The notes under the pieces are model-generated. The model was not told where the DNA came from. It saw only the letters and a program-made list of their open reading frames with translations, and did no database searches. A stretch of 59,048 bases of DNA from Octopus bimaculoides (taxonomy: Eukaryota), in assembly GCF_001194135.2 (NCBI RefSeq), contig NC_068982.1:124813233-124872280 (forward strand). Reading direction: 5' to 3'. Below, piece after piece: positions 1 to 11,112 of this stretch (positions are counted from its first letter, which is position 1; the number at the start of each line of letters is the position of its first letter). Position numbers and translations under genes: made by a program.

Positions 1-327
1 TGAGCGTGACCGTTGCCAGTACCGCCTGACTGGCCTTGTAGGGTTTTCGAGCGAGATCGTTGCCAGTGCCCCTGGACTGGCTCTTGTGCGGGTGACACAT
101 AAAAGACACCATTTCGAGCGTGGCCGTTTTCATGCGGGTGACACGTAAAAGCACCCACTACACTCTCTGAGTGGTTGGCGTTAGGAAGGGCATCCAGCTG
201 TAGAAACTCTGCCAAATTAGATTGGAGCCTAGTGTTGCCATCCGGTTTCACCAGTCCTCAGTCAAATCGTCCAACCCATGCTAGCATGGAAAGCGGACGT
301 TAAACGATGATGATGATGATGATGATG
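1..327 (+). mobile_element. SINE-like family A: internal tandem modules and (GAT)n tail; 5' part lies outside the window
   Basis: Modules cgttgccagt..gactggc..gtg(g/a)cac(g/a)taaaa, then ggttggcgttaggaagggcatccagctgtagaaac...ccatgctagcatggaaagcggacgttaaac(gat)n. Near-identical to 3577-3868, 17953-18235 and 24867-25156. Confidence 0.85.
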
Positions 328-555
328 ATATAATATATGGTGCAGCCTACTGGCTTACCAGTCCTCATTCAAACTGTCTAACCCATGCCAGCATGGAACA
401 CGGACGTTAAACAATGATGATGATGATATATAATATGTGTGTTTGTGTGACCCAGTTTCATTTCCCAGTGGGAAAAAGCTTCCTTTATATTGCAACCGAA
501 ATCACAAACCTTTATTTCCTTCTTCTAAGAAACTGAGGTCCCATGTTGATGAGAC

Positions 556-608
<53 letters not shown>

Positions 609-639
609 TGATGATAATAATAATAATAATAATGTTTAC

Positions 640-785
640 TACTCTTGGTACAAGGCCTGAAATTTGGGTGCAGGGGACTAGCCAATTTCATTGACCCCAG
701 TACTTGACTGGTACTTATATAATTGACCCTGAAAGAATGAAAGGCAAAATTGATTTTGGCAGTATTTGAATTCAGAATGTAAAGA
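640..785 (-). mobile_element. SINE family C, degenerate
   Basis: Reverse complement of the C body (ctttgcctttcatcctttcggggtcgat...aagtaccag) plus ggccttgtrcc tail. Confidence 0.7.
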
Positions 786-1195
786 CAGACGAATAATAAT
801 AATAATAATTACTAGTAGTAGTAGTAGTAGTAGTAGTCCTTTCTACTATAGACACATAGACACAAGGCCTGAAATTTTGGTGGGGAGAATCGGTAGAATA
901 TTAGGGAAAAGGTTTCATGGTTTTTTAGTTGGAATTCTTTTATGTTCTGACAACAAATGCAGCCAGTGTTGACTTCGCTTCTTTCATTCGTCTGGTGTTG
1001 TTAAAGTAAGAAACAATGAAGTTACTAAGGTAGATTTAAATCAGTTGGTCCGTCACATCACATGTGTGGCCTTATGTCTGTTATGTTAGAAGCCATTATA
1101 CCTTTATGGTAATAAAGCTTTAATTAAAGCAGTGTTTCCCAAAGTGGGCAGTATTTGTAACACAGACACATACATACATATATATATATATATAT

Positions 1196-1365
1196 ACGAT
1201 GGGCTTCTTTCAGTTTCCCTCTACCAAATCCACTCACAAGGCTTTGGTCAGCCTGAAGCTAATAGTAGAAGACACCTGCCTAAGGTGCCACGCAGTGGGA
1301 CTGAACCCGGAACCATGTGGTTGGTAAGCAAGTTACTTACCACACAGCCATGCCACTCCTGCACC
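1196..1365 (-). mobile_element. SINE family B, tRNA-like head
   Basis: Reverse complement of ggctgtgtggtaag...ggttccgggttcagtcccactgcgtggcacc...ggaaactgaaagaagccc. Box B-like ggttcagtccc. Confidence 0.85.
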
Positions 1366-1759
1366 TATGTTGATATAGTGTATTAACAATTGACTGTTGA
1401 CTCACTATTACATTCAATCTTTGTTAAGATATTTCTACAGATCCACCAGGGTACTTACTCACTCAACAAAACAGACCAAGAAAGGGTTGCTGGCATAGTT
1501 ATTTCAAAGCGAACAGGTTGTACAGGTTTTTCAAAGATTCTTTTCTTTGTAGTAATGGATTACAAATTTGACACGACATGATATTTCCAATGACATTATC
1601 TTTGAGTGTTCACCATATACCTGTACATGCTTCTGCAAATGAAACACATCTTGCATTTACTTAGCATAGACATACGAAGGTGTCTCCACATTGTCATGGA
1701 ACTATAGGAAAATTTAGCCCCAGCAGTGCATACTAATAAAACACTGAACAGTTTATACA

Positions 1760-1786
1760 CTACTACTGCTGCTACTACTACTGCTG

Positions 1787-1848
<62 letters not shown>
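1760..1848. repeat. (CTA)n microsatellite
   Basis: Seen directly. Confidence 0.95.
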
Positions 1849-2332
1849 GTTGCTGCTGCCTTTATGGTGATTTATATTTCTTCAATTTGCCTATTTACTG
1901 TAATGGAATGTAACTGACAAACAATATGTACCATCAACCTTTCCAGTCAGCAGACTGGCACCCTACTGCGGTTAGTTCTTAATTGCAGTTAACACCTTAG
2001 AGTGACTTTCAAAATATTGTATGCAGGTGCACCATTAATTTTCCAGCTCCATTGAGTCTGATACTTCAGCTATATTACTGTTTAACTCCAGACCAATTCT
2101 GATTATGTTACTTGCAGAATCTACGACTAAACTATCTGATGTTTGTACCTTATTTAAGACAGTGAAATGTGATTTGAGGGAGATTAGCTTGCTATTTCTA
2201 GCAGGGAAGCAAACAAATAGAGGATTCCGTTGCTTTGAACATGTTATATTCTCTGTTGTTCCTGAGATTTATTCATTCATCAATTTTAGTTCTGCATAAC
2301 AATTCATGCCATCCTATCTCTCAATTGAATAT

Positions 2333-3238
2333 ACTTTACTCTTTTACTTGTTTCAGTCATTTGACTGCAGCCATGCTGGAGCCTTTAGTCGAGCAAATCG
2401 ACCCCAGGACTTATTCTTTGTAAGCCTAGTACTTATTCTATTGGTCTCTTTTTGCCGAACCGCTAAGTTACAGGGACGTAAACACACCAGCATCGGTTGT
2501 CAAGCGATGGTGGGAGGACAAACACACATACATATATATATATATATATANNNNNNNNNNNNNNNNNNNNNNNNNNNNNNNNNNNNNNNNNNNNNNNNNN
2601 NNNNNNNNNNNNNNNNNNNNNNNNNNNNNNNNNNNNNNNNNNNNNNNNNNNNNNNNNNNNNNNNNNNNNNNNNNNNNNNNNNNNNNNNNNNNNNNNNNNN
2701 NNNNNNNNNNNNNNNNNNNNNNNNNNNNNNNNNNNNNNNNNNNNNNNNNNNNNNNNNNNNNNNNNNNNNNNNNNNNNNNNNNNNNNNNNNNNNNNNNNNN
2801 NNNNNNNNNNNNNNNNNNNNNNNNNNNNNNNNNNNNNNNNNNNNNNNNNNNNNNNNNNNNNNNNNNNNNNNNNNNNNNNNNNNNNNNNNNNNNNNNNNNN
2901 NNNNNNNNNNNNNNNNNNNNNNNNNNNNNNNNNNNNNNNNNNNNNNNNNNNNNNNNNNNNNNNNNNNNNNNNNNNNNNNNNNNNNNNNNNNNNNNNNNNN
3001 NNNNNNNNNNNNNNNNNNNNNNNNNNNNNNNNNNNNNNNNNNNNNNNNNNNNNNNNNNNNNNNNNNNNNNNNNNNNNNNNNNNNNNNNNNNNNNNNNNNN
3101 NNNNNNNNNNNNNNNNNNNNNNNNNNNNNNNNNNGGCTATAGTAAACGTCACTTACCCAAGGTGCCACGCAGTGGGACTGAACCTGGATCCATGTAGTTC
3201 ATAAGCAAGCTACTTACCACACAGCCACTCCTATGCCT
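2333..3238 (-). mobile_element. SINE family B, full length; internal microsatellite collapsed into N-gap 2551-3134
   Basis: Tail (actcttttacttgtttcagtcatttgactgc) left of the gap, head right of it. Matches the intact copy at 41790-42185. Confidence 0.85.
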
Positions 3239-3364
3239 AACTATGATGAAAAATATATGGTATATAATTTTTTTTTTGTGCAAGGGTTCCTTGAGGCATG
3301 TAATTTATTCTAAGGGTTACACAAGGGTAAAAAAGGTTGAGAAACACTGATATAGAAATATATA

Positions 3365-3572
3365 ATAATGGTTTCAAATTTTGGCACAAGGCCAGCAAGT
3401 TCGGGGGAGGGGGTAAGTTGATTACATTAACCCCAGTGTTCAACTGGCACCTCGAGAGGATGAAAGGCAAAGTCAACTTCGGTGGAATTTGAACTCAGAA
3501 TGTTAAAGATGGATGAAATGCCACTAAATGTTTGTCCAGTGAAATAATGATTCTGTGAGCTTACCACCTTAT
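3365..3572 (-). mobile_element. SINE family C
   Basis: ggtttcaaattttggcacaaggccagc...gatgaaaggcaaagtcaacttcggtggaatttgaactcagaa. Confidence 0.8.
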
Positions 3573-3576
3573 AGAG

Positions 3577-3868
3577 ATGTCATTGCCAGTGCCGCTGGAT
3601 TGGCTCCTGTGCAGGTGGCACATAAAATACACCATTTTGAGCGTGGCCATTGCCAGTACCGCCTGACTGGCCTTCGTGCCGGTGACACGTAAAAGCACCC
3701 ACTACACTCTCGGAGTGGTTGGTGTTAGGAAGGGCATCCATTTGTAGAAACTATACCAAATCAGATTGGAGCCTGGTGTAGCCATCTGGGTCACCAGTCC
3801 TCAGTCAAATCGTCCAACCCATGCTAGCATGGAAAGCAGACGTTAAACGAGGATGATGATGATGATGT
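3577..3868 (+). mobile_element. SINE-like family A
   Basis: Same body and (GAT)n tail as 1-327. Confidence 0.85.
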
Positions 3869-4009
3869 CTTCTTAGGTGCAAAGCTACATGGCATAGAGA
3901 ACAGTCAACTGCATTGACTTCAAAACTTGACGCATTATTTTTTCACCTGGCTCTAGAAGGAGGAAAGGTAGTCAACTTCACTGGGATTTGAAGTTTAGAG
4001 ACTTAATAT

Positions 4010-4360
4010 TAAAGAGGTATGATGGTAAATGTAGAGGTATAACTGTGAGTATTGAGGTATATTAGTAAATGGAGAAGTTTTAGTATGTAAATATAGGTTG
4101 TAACAGTAAATACAGAGATATAATACGAAAGATATGACAGTAATAGTAAATATTACAGCATAAAAGTAAATATAGATGTATTAGAGTAAATAAAGAAGTG
4201 TGTAATAGTAAATACAGAGTTATATTTGTACATAAAGAAGTAAATTGTACTAGATGTAGAGATGAAATAGTAACTATACAAAAGTGAATATAGAGATATG
4301 TTGGTAAATGAAGAAGTATAATCATAAATATACTGATATAATAATAAATATCCTTGCTAT
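4010..4360. repeat. Degenerate ~20-bp minisatellite (consensus about agtaaatatagaggtataat)
   Basis: Recurring agtaaata(c/t)aga(g/t) at about 20-bp spacing. Confidence 0.65.
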
Positions 4361-4411
4361 TGTCATTATAATAATAATAATTATTATTATTGTTATTATC
4401 ATTATTATTAA

Positions 4412-4612
4412 ACGTGGTGAGCTGGCAGAATTGTTAGCATACTGGACAAAATGCTTAGCAGTATTTTGCCCATTACTATGAATTCCGCTGAGGTCAACTT
4501 TGCCTTTCATTCTTTCAGGGTCGATAAATTAAGTCCCAGTGAAACACTGGGGTTGGTGCAATCGATTAGTCCCCTCCCATCAAATTTCAGGCCATGTGCC
4601 TATAGTAGAGAG
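4412..4612 (+). mobile_element. SINE family C
   Basis: ggtgagctggcagaattgttagca...gtcaactttgcctttcattctttcagggtcgat. Confidence 0.8.
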
Positions 4613-4614
4613 GA

Positions 4615-4652
<38 letters not shown>

Positions 4653-4659
4653 GTTGTTC

Positions 4660-4865
4660 ACTTTTCCAGGCTTGCCTGTGTCAAACAGAGTTATTTGAGG
4701 CAGATTTTTTTCAGTCAGATGCTCTTCCTGTTTCCAAACTTCACCCGTTTCCAAGCAAGGTATATTTCCCCATGGCCAGACATCTTTCTGCAGGATATTA
4801 GAAATGAACGACACTGCTTGTATGACAGTGACACTCATTTACAACTATTACGTGGTTGTCAAGGC
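4660..4865 (-). mobile_element. SINE-like family F, with an A-like tail motif
   Basis: gatgctcttcctgtttccaaacttcacccgtttccaag matches + strand copies near 9150-9300 and 19520-19650. Confidence 0.55.
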
Positions 4866-7469
4866 AAAGAAACACAAACACACACTCAGATACACATTCA
4901 AACATAAATATGCATGCATGTATGTCTGTACAAGCGATAAGCTCTTTCTGTTTCCATCGACCAAATCCATTCACAAGGCTTTGGTTGACTCAGAGACACT
5001 TGTTGAGGATGCCATAGTGGGACTGCATCCAAAACCATGTGGTTAGGAAGCAAATTTCTTAACCACACAAGAATGCCAGCACCCTAAATATAAAAGTATA
5101 AGAGTGAACATAAGGATTATATAATAAATATAGAAGAATAATAGCAAATAGATATTTATATAGAGAGAGCAACAGAGTGGTGTAGGCATCACAGAATCTG
5201 TACAGATGATCAGCTTGTACTTTCCTATTTCATCACATTATAAAATGCTACACTAGAAGGGTTTAACATAGTTGTAACATGTTGTATGAATGAATAAATT
5301 ACAAGGTCTTACATTATATATACAAGTTGTCTGTTAATTTGGTTTCTGAATATTTGATGTCATTTTATTCTATTCACTCATGGATAACCTAATAAAAAAA
5401 TAAATGTATATGTTGCTTTGTAAAGGGGTATTTCAATAAGATGGTATTCAGCTGTCGTTCATTAGAAAGTTAAAAAAAATAAACAAAAAAACCCTAATTT
5501 AATAACCAGATTCCTTTTGGCTGTTTCTACATTATTACATAAACAAATCACATAAATTAACTTAATTTCAACTTGACATGTCACTCGGTTATACAAGAAA
5601 TCTTCCCTCTATCCACAAATCATGATTCATAATCTAACTTGGCATTAAATAATTATATTTTAACCTAATTTTCATAGGCCCAGTGCTAAATTAATGATTT
5701 GACCAATAAGCACAAAACAATATGAAATATATTGACTCTGTCCCATTACACATCAACTGTACGTGTTGTGGGATGCTGAAAATGCATAAACTGATAACAC
5801 AATACATAATATCTGCTCTGAGTGTCCATAATCATCCATGGTATGTTCGGGACACACTCTTCACTGCATATTCTTTCTCCACAGAGAATATCTGGAGATT
5901 TAATAATCGACAGTTTTACAAGTTGGCCCACAACTTGTCCAGTTGTCTGTCACAAATATGGTACCTTAGGCAAGTCTGTTCTACTATAGACCCAGGCTGA
6001 CTAAAGCCTTGTAAATGAATTTGGCAAATAGAAACTGATGAAAGAAGCTCATCATATGTGCATGTGTGAGTGCAAATGTTGTGTGTGTGTGTGTGTGTGT
6101 ATGTACACTCTCTTTGTCTTACTCTCTGACTCACTCTTTTTTCCTTTTCTTTCTAGCAAATATCTTCTCGACAGCAAGACATCTAGCTCTGTCCCTCTAC
6201 ACTTATGATCTTCCACCAATGACACAAAACCACCTCCTTCAATACTACTATCCCTTCCCAGTTGAAGGATTTTCGTCTTCCAAGTTACTTGGAGACCTTG
6301 TCATAAAAAGCACCAGTACAATCTGTAAAGTGGTTGACATTCCTATTGATGCTGGTGCCACATAAAAAGCATCCAGTACATTTCTAACAAGTGATTGGCA
6401 TTAGGAAAGGCATCCAATTGTAGAAACTATGCCAAAGAGGACAGTAGAGCAGGATGTAGTCTATGTACTTATCCTTTCCTCTCAAACCGTCTGATTTATG
6501 AAAGCATGAAAATGTAGATGTTCAAACGACAATGATGATGATAATGACTATTAATATTATTTCTAGTTTTAGAACATGACCATCAGTTTTAAGGGGAGAG
6601 GAAAGTTGGTTACATCAACCACCATGCTTAAATTGATACTTATTTTATTGACCCCGAGAGTATGAAAGGTAGAATTGATCTCAGTAGCATTTGAACTTGG
6701 AACATAAAGAGCCAGAACAATGACTTAATATAACATGAATATAACCAATTGTTTCTAGTATAGAAAGAAGGCTTGAAATATTGGGGTAGTAGTTAGTTAA
6801 TTATATTGTCTAGTATTTGACTGACACTTTTATTGCATCAACCTCCAGAAAGATGAAAGGCAGAGGCAACCTTGATGGGATTTGAACTTGGGGCATAAAG
6901 AGCCATGTGTGTGTGGGATGAGGAGGAGCACACAAAGCATTTTGTTCAATGTGCTAACAATTCTGCCAAGCCACTGTCATTTTCTGCCAATAATAATACA
7001 GCTAATGTATGAATAACAAACAATATAGCTGAAAGCAATTAGGGAAAGAGACTACAGAGCAAAGCATTAACAACTGTATCAATTAAAAGAATTGCCAATT
7101 ATGCACTTATACTAATAATCTGTGGCCAATGCCAACACACTTCACATAGAGGTTGTACACTGGGGAAGTAAGTTATGAATATCATGGAAACTAATTCCCC
7201 TACTCCTCTGCAAATTTTAGTAACCTTGCATGTAAATAATAAATTAATTATTCATGAGGCAACAACTATAGAAGCCTACACAAGTGAGAAGACATTAGTT
7301 TGCATAAATAAAGCAGTTATTTCCTCATTGACTGAACTATCCTTAAAATAGGCTTGACTCTGTTAATTTGCCAGTATATTTAGTATAGAACGTAGTTTTG
7401 TGATAAGCTTATGTAACCCTTGCATAATATATAATATTCCTTTGTGTGCATGCAGAGACACAGAGATAC

Positions 7470-7635
7470 AAGCAAGGCTGCGTGGTTAAGAAGTTAGTTC
7501 ATTAATCATGTGGCTTAAGTTCAGTCCCAAAGTATGGCACCTCAGGTGTCTTCTACTACAGCCTCAGGTTGACCAAACCCTTTTGAGTGGATTTAGCAGG
7601 CAGACACTTAAAGAAGTCTGTTTGTGGAAGACCAG
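7470..7635 (+). mobile_element. SINE family B head, degenerate
   Basis: ggctgcgtggttaag...ttcagtccc...tcttctactacagcc...accaaaccctttgagtggattt. Confidence 0.7.
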
Positions 7636-7689
7636 CAGTCATCCATGTAAACCAAATACCCCTTTCCTCACCACTGATGTTGTACAAGG

Positions 7690-7875
7690 GAAAGGCAAAG
7701 GCTGATACAGCATGGCACCAGTGATGTTACAACTCATTTCTACAGCTGAGTGGAGCGGAGCAATGTGAAATAAAGTGTCTTGCTCAAGAATACAACACAC
7801 AGCCCAGTCTGGGAATCGAACTCCTGACCTCACGAGTGTAAGCCCTACACTCTAACCACTGAGTCAATGCTTTCA
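7690..7875 (-). mobile_element. tRNA-derived SINE, family D-like
   Basis: On the - strand: tgactcagtggttagagtg...ggagttcgattcccagac (A and B boxes), then cttgagcaagacactttatttcacattgctcc. A + strand relative lies at 17545-17660. Confidence 0.7.
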
Positions 7876-7904
7876 TATGTGTGTGTGTGCGTGCATGTGT
7901 CTGT

Positions 7905-8075
7905 GTGTTATGTTCTGAGTTCAAATTCCGCCAAGGTCGACTTTGCCTTTCATCCTTTTGGGGTCGATTAAATAAGTACCAGTTATGCACTGGGGTTGAT
8001 ATAATCGACTTAATCTGTTTGTCTCTCCTTGTTTGTCCCCTCTGTGTGTAACCCCTTGTGGGCAGTAAAGAAACA
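7905..8075 (+). mobile_element. SINE family C, type-2 tail
   Basis: Body followed by ...tgtttgtcccctctgtgtgtaaccccttgtgggcagtaaagaaac. Confidence 0.85.
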
Positions 8076-8080
8076 AGATA

Positions 8081-8830
8081 GATACATTTCTTTTATTAGC
8101 CACACAGGGCTCAACGAAGATNNNNNNNNNNNNNNNNNNNNNNNNNNNNNNNNNNNNNNNNNNNNNNNNNNNNNNNNNNNNNNNNNNNNNNNNNNNNNNN
8201 NNNNNNNNNNNNNNNNNNNNNNNNNNNNNNNNNNNNNNNNNNNNNNNNNNNNNNNNNNNNNNNNNNNNNNNNNNNNNNNNNNNNNNNNNNNNNNNNNNNN
8301 NNNNNNNNNNNNNNNNNNNNNNNNNNNNNNNNNNNNNNNNNNNNNNNNNNNNNNNNNNNNNNNNNNNNNNNNNNNNNNNNNNNNNNNNNNNNNNNNNNNN
8401 NNNNNNNNNNNNNNNNNNNNNNNNNNNNNNNNNNNNNNNNNNNNNNNNNNNNNNNNNNNNNNNNNNNNNNNNNNNNNNNNNNNNNNNNNNNNNNNNNNNN
8501 NNNNNNNNNNNNNNNNNNNNNNNNNNNNNNNNNNNNNNNNNNNNNNNNNNNNNNNNNNNNNNNNNNNNNNNNNNNNNNNNNNNNNNTTAGTTCATAGGGT
8601 TATGCTCAAGATGGCTCCGTCGTTCACACGTGCCATCCTTGCTACATTCACCCATCTTTTTTTGAAGCATTCACTAGACAAGACTTCCCTTTCTACTCTC
8701 ACCTTCCTCTTCAGGTGATACTTGAAGAAGTTGATGAGAGATTGCCCAGAGAGGAAAGTCTTTGTCTCTAGACCTTTCAGACGCGTCCACCATACACATT
8801 CTTTCGCCATAGCCACAAGTACGATGAAAC

Positions 8831-8835
<5 letters not shown>
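8081..8835 (-). mobile_element. 5'-truncated Tx1/L1-like LINE: ORF2 C-terminus, gap, 3' end
   Basis: Open frame ...VAMAKECVWWTRLKGLETKTFLSGQSLINFFKYHLKRKVRVEREVLSSECFKKRWVNVARMA...L* ends at 8592 and resembles the Tx1-clade ORF2 end. The terminus ccctgtgtggctaataaaagaaat sits at 8086-8109 beyond gap 8122-8586. Confidence 0.65.
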
Positions 8836-8865
<30 letters not shown>

Positions 8866-8910
8866 GTAGATAGATAGATAGGTAGATAGATAGATAGGTA
8901 GATAGATAGG
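8833..8910. repeat. (AGAT)n microsatellite
   Basis: Seen directly. Confidence 0.95.
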
Positions 8911-9324
8911 CATGTGTGTATGTGTGCATTTTTGTGTTGGTATGAGATTGTATTTCCCTCTCACATTCATTCACTGGTTGTTAAGAAAGGGTAATGTTTG
9001 CTTTCAGCCCATCATGGAAGCATGTCCGGGATTCTTGATGTGTTGTGAGATTTTTTTTATATTTAAAATGTTCATTGAATACAGAGATTCATTTGTATTC
9101 AGTTTCTCATGTAAACATTTCTGGGCTGTTTACTGTTTGATAGACTGGAAGAGACCATTATCGCTCTAGGAAACAGGTGAGAGTTGGCAACAGTAGGGGT
9201 GTCTGGCTGCACAAAATATTTGCATCAATGGTCTCTTGTCTGACCCATGCAAGTATGGGAAGTAGACATTAAAACAATGATGAAGTGATCATGAGGATGA
9301 TATAAACACACATATATGTGTATA

Positions 9325-9366
<42 letters not shown>

Positions 9367-9499
9367 TACATACATACATATATATACAAGCATATATATA
9401 CATATATACCTAAGTACTTAATTCATCTGAATCTAAATTTTTGCTAGATACACATACATATATATACATACATATATACATACATACATATATATACAT

Positions 9500-9556
<57 letters not shown>

Positions 9557-10469
9557 TAACAGTACAGCTGATGGCCTTTCTTAGTTGTAGTGCACCTGAG
9601 TACTGTATACAATTTCCTTCATCATTTAATATATATATATATATATATATACAAGGTATCCATAAATTAACTTTACAACTTCTATGCTTAAATTTTAAAA
9701 GGTAATTTATGGATGCACTGTGTGTGTGTGTACGCACACACACACACACACACACATCTGATGGAATTTGTTCAATTTCTAGCAACCAAATTTACCCACA
9801 AGACATGGATAATCTCAGGGCCAAGGTAGAAGAAATTACTTGGAGGATTTGGTCTGGCTCTCTGCACTCTGAGTTAAAATCCCATTGTCGTTTAGGAGTC
9901 AATAAACAAAGTAAGTGGATTGGCAAAATTGGTAGAGCATCAGACAGGATACTTTGTGGCATCTATGCTGTGTGTGTTAGCTTATTGTTCTCTATAGCAG
10001 CCCAACAACTGGCAGCAGAAAATGAGAGTCCAGAGATGACTAAGCTATAAATAAAAATAGAAACATCTAGATATAAACCACCTGTAATATATACACACAA
10101 CCATTTAGGATTAGACAAACTCTCACATGTAATTCTATGAACAAACACACACGTACACATATGTGTTAACGTATATATCTATCTATCTATATATGGAAAT
10201 ATGTGTGTGTGTGTTCATGTATATATATGTATATGATTTGGATGTATATGTACATATATTAACTGCGGACGTACAGATTAGTACATATACTCCAACATAT
10301 TTAGACACAGATACACACACGTACACGCGTGCATAAACATGTGCACACACAGCAGCTGCATCTGGCTTTGCCCACGTCTTATTTACACCTAAAATATAAT
10401 CACATGAATTTACTTATATATTTTTGATAAATTCCATTAAAAAAATGTTGGTAGTAATCTTTAAATAGC

Positions 10470-10692
10470 TGAAGGCGGTGAGCTGGCAGAGTCGTCATTA
10501 GTAAGCTAATGAAAATGCTTAGTAGCATTTCGTCCATCTTTACATTCCGAGTTCAAATTCCACTGAAGTTGACTTAGCCTTTTATCCTTTCAGGGCCAAT
10601 AAAATAAGTACCAGTTGAGCAACGGGGTTGATGTAATCAACTTACCTCTGCCCCTGAAATTGCTGGCCTTGTGCCAAAATTTGAAACCAATA
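10470..10692 (+). mobile_element. SINE family C, type-1 tail
   Basis: ggcggtgagctggcagag...ttgctggccttgtgccaaaatttgaaacc. Confidence 0.8.
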
Positions 10693-10794
10693 ATCTTCAA
10701 TTTGCATAAGACTGTTGATTCACTTGGAAATTTTGTAACTTAAAGTGGTTTTGATTTGAACTTCATAAAAATGTGTAAGAGAGAAACAGAAAAT

Positions 10795-11112
10795 ATAGGT
10801 GCAGTGTAGCTGTGTGGTAAAAAGTTCGCTTTCCAACCACATGGTTCCGGGTTCAGTCCCACTGCGTAGCACCTTGGGCAAGTGTCTTCTACTATAGCCT
10901 CGGGACGACCAAAGCCTTCTGAGTGTACTTGGTAGATGAAAACTGAAACAAGTCCGTTGTATATGTGTGTGTGTGTGTGTGTCTTAGTTTGTTCCCCCAC
11001 CATTGCTTGACAACTGACATTGGTGCATTTACGTTCCCGTAACCTAGCAGTTCGGCAAAAGTGATCGATAGAACAAGTACAAAGGCTTACAAAGAATAAG
11101 TTCTGGGGTCAA
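10795..11112 (+). mobile_element. SINE family B
   Basis: Head, internal (TG)n and partial tail. Confidence 0.8.

Noticed and set aside
1-180. CRISPR-like repeat-spacer pattern in the family A modules
   Set aside because: Eukaryotic SINE-internal tandem units with no unique spacers and no cas genes.
1130-3349. hAT-like ends cagtgtttccc (1130) and gagaaacactg (3349) read as one element
   Set aside because: The flanks aattaaag and atatagaa do not form a TSD, so these are more likely separate fragments.
9784-9910. Possible exon on either strand (+: NQIYPQDMDNLRAKVEEITW...|gtaagt; -: VQRARPNPPSNFFYLGPEIIHVLW)
   Set aside because: Both strands are about equally plausible and neither peptide is recognisable. 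The same applies to candidates at 5.7-5.9 kb, 14.2 kb and 15.4 kb.
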